A DNA stretch of 64,000 nucleotides, from the NCBI GenBank assembly GCA_919902105.1, contig CAKKQO010000035.1, positions 67,547 to 131,546 on the forward strand, given 5' to 3'. Below the pieces are notes generated by a model. The model had not been told where the DNA came from, did no database searches, and was given only the letters and a program-made list of their open reading frames with translations. Source of the stretch: Omnitrophica bacterium GWA2_41_15 (lineage in GTDB: Bacteria > Omnitrophota > Gorgyraeia > Ghiorseimicrobiales > Ghiorseimicrobiaceae). Of the stretch, positions 63,021 to 64,000 are shown piece after piece. Made by a program: the position numbers and the translations under genes. Each line of letters opens with the position of its first letter. Position 1 is the stretch's first letter.

Positions 63021-64000
63021 ATGAAGATCCTTTTTTTAACACCTCACCCGGAGGAAGGGGCAAGCACGCGTTATAGGGTGAAACAATTTTTCCCATACTT
63101 TAATCATAATGGAATTGAATGTGTTTTTCATCCATTTTTTTTATCTGACTGTTATAGCATATTATATAAAAAAGGGCGAACATTAAGAAAAGGGCTGAAT
63201 CTGTTAAAAGGCATATTTCATCGCACCATTGATTTGGTTAATAGCAGTGATACAGATATTGTATTTGTTCATTTAGAAGCTTCACCGCTAGGTTTGCCGA
63301 TATTTGAAAAAATTTTTACATTATTAAACAAACCAATTATCTATGATTTGGATGATGCAATATACATAAAAGAAGTTAGTCCTGCAAATTGGTTGGCATA
63401 TTTTTTAAAGAGCTCATCTAAGATACCGAAAATTATCACCATGAGTAATTATATTGTTGTATGTAATGAATATCTTGAAACATATGCGAGAAGATTTAAT
63501 CAAAGGATAAAGATGATTCCTACATCAGTAGATACCAATAAATTTACAGTAAAGGATTATAATATGCGAAACGAAGTAATGGTTATTGGGTGGATAGGTT
63601 CTCATACTACTGCTCATTATCTTATGCTTTTGACTGAGGTATTCAAACGGTTATCTAAAAGGCATAAATTTGTTTTGAAAATTATAGGCGCTGATAAAAA
63701 GAATTATTTTCCAGGTATAGATGTTATTTATAGTGATTGGTCATTAGAAAAAGATGTTTATGAATTTCAAAGTTTAGATATAGGAATATATCCTTTGCCT
63801 GATAATGAATGGGTAAAGGGTAAAACAGGTTTTAAAACAGTCCAATATATGTCTGTAGGTGTCCCGTGCATTGTTTCAAGAGTTGGGAGAAATATGACCA
63901 TTGTAGAAGATGGAGTAAATGGTTTTTTAGCTTCGTTGGAAGACGAATGGGTTGAAAAACTTTCCTTGCTTATTGAGAATCCTGAACTCCGAAAGAGGAT
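63021..64000 (+). CDS. GT-B fold (GT4-like) glycosyltransferase, 3'-truncated by window edge
   Basis: ATG at 63021, open to the window end, absent from the ORF track. Translation MKILFLTPHPEEGASTRYRV...GKTGFKTVQYMSVGVPCIVSRVG is GT4/GT1-like. Confidence 0.7.
   Translation, partial: MKILFLTPHPEEGASTRYRVKQFFPYFNHNGIECVFHPFFLSDCYSILYKKGRTLRKGLNLLKGIFHRTIDLVNSSDTDIVFVHLEASPLGLPIFEKIFTLLNKPIIYDLDDAIYIKEVSPANWLAYFLKSSSKIPKIITMSNYIVVCNEYLETYARRFNQRIKMIPTSVDTNKFTVKDYNMRNEVMVIGWIGSHTTAHYLMLLTEVFKRLSKRHKFVLKIIGADKKNYFPGIDVIYSDWSLEKDVYEFQSLDIGIYPLPDNEWVKGKTGFKTVQYMSVGVPCIVSRVGRNMTIVEDGVNGFLASLEDEWVEKLSLLIENPELRKR

Noticed and set aside
1-64000. Search for CRISPR arrays, rRNA/tRNA genes, integrases/transposases, toxin-antitoxin or known defence-system genes
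   Set aside because: I saw no regularly spaced direct repeats, no canonical tRNA/rRNA sequence, and no recombinase, transposase or nuclease/helicase-type ORFs. The window is metabolic and glycan-biosynthetic throughout.

Overview
All supported genes in this 64-kb window are on the + strand. The sequence is AT-rich and bacterial, with Gram-negative-type surface genes; I cannot assign a taxon from sequence alone. The first ~14 kb is housekeeping: a 5'-truncated AspC-type aminotransferase, leuC-pilT-leuD, a complete biotin operon (bioB, bioF, bioH-like esterase, bioC, bioD, bioA), then ugd, a WbpA/WecC-type dehydrogenase and an epimerase. Four kinds of structured or repeated intergenic elements sit in these gaps. 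From ~14.1 kb to the 3' edge runs a ~50-kb almost gapless co-directional glycan-assembly cluster. It opens after a clear terminator and promoter with a stand-alone LexA-type DNA-binding protein. It encodes UDP-sugar tailoring enzymes (UXS; a WbpB/E/D-like set), a Wzx flippase, GT4, GT9 and GT2 transferases and four ArnT/PMT-like GT-C membrane transferases. It also encodes a split transketolase, a FemAB-like transferase and seven class I methyltransferases. The main observation is twelve radical SAM enzymes in this cluster: seven with cobalamin-type (class B) architecture and five with SPASM/twitch-like Cys-rich tails. They occur in paralogous sets and repeated modules, and no credible peptide-precursor gene is present. 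I read this as a candidate, apparently undescribed, radical-chemistry-heavy surface-glycan modification system. All functional calls come from motif and architecture recognition by eye; no database searches or computations were run.
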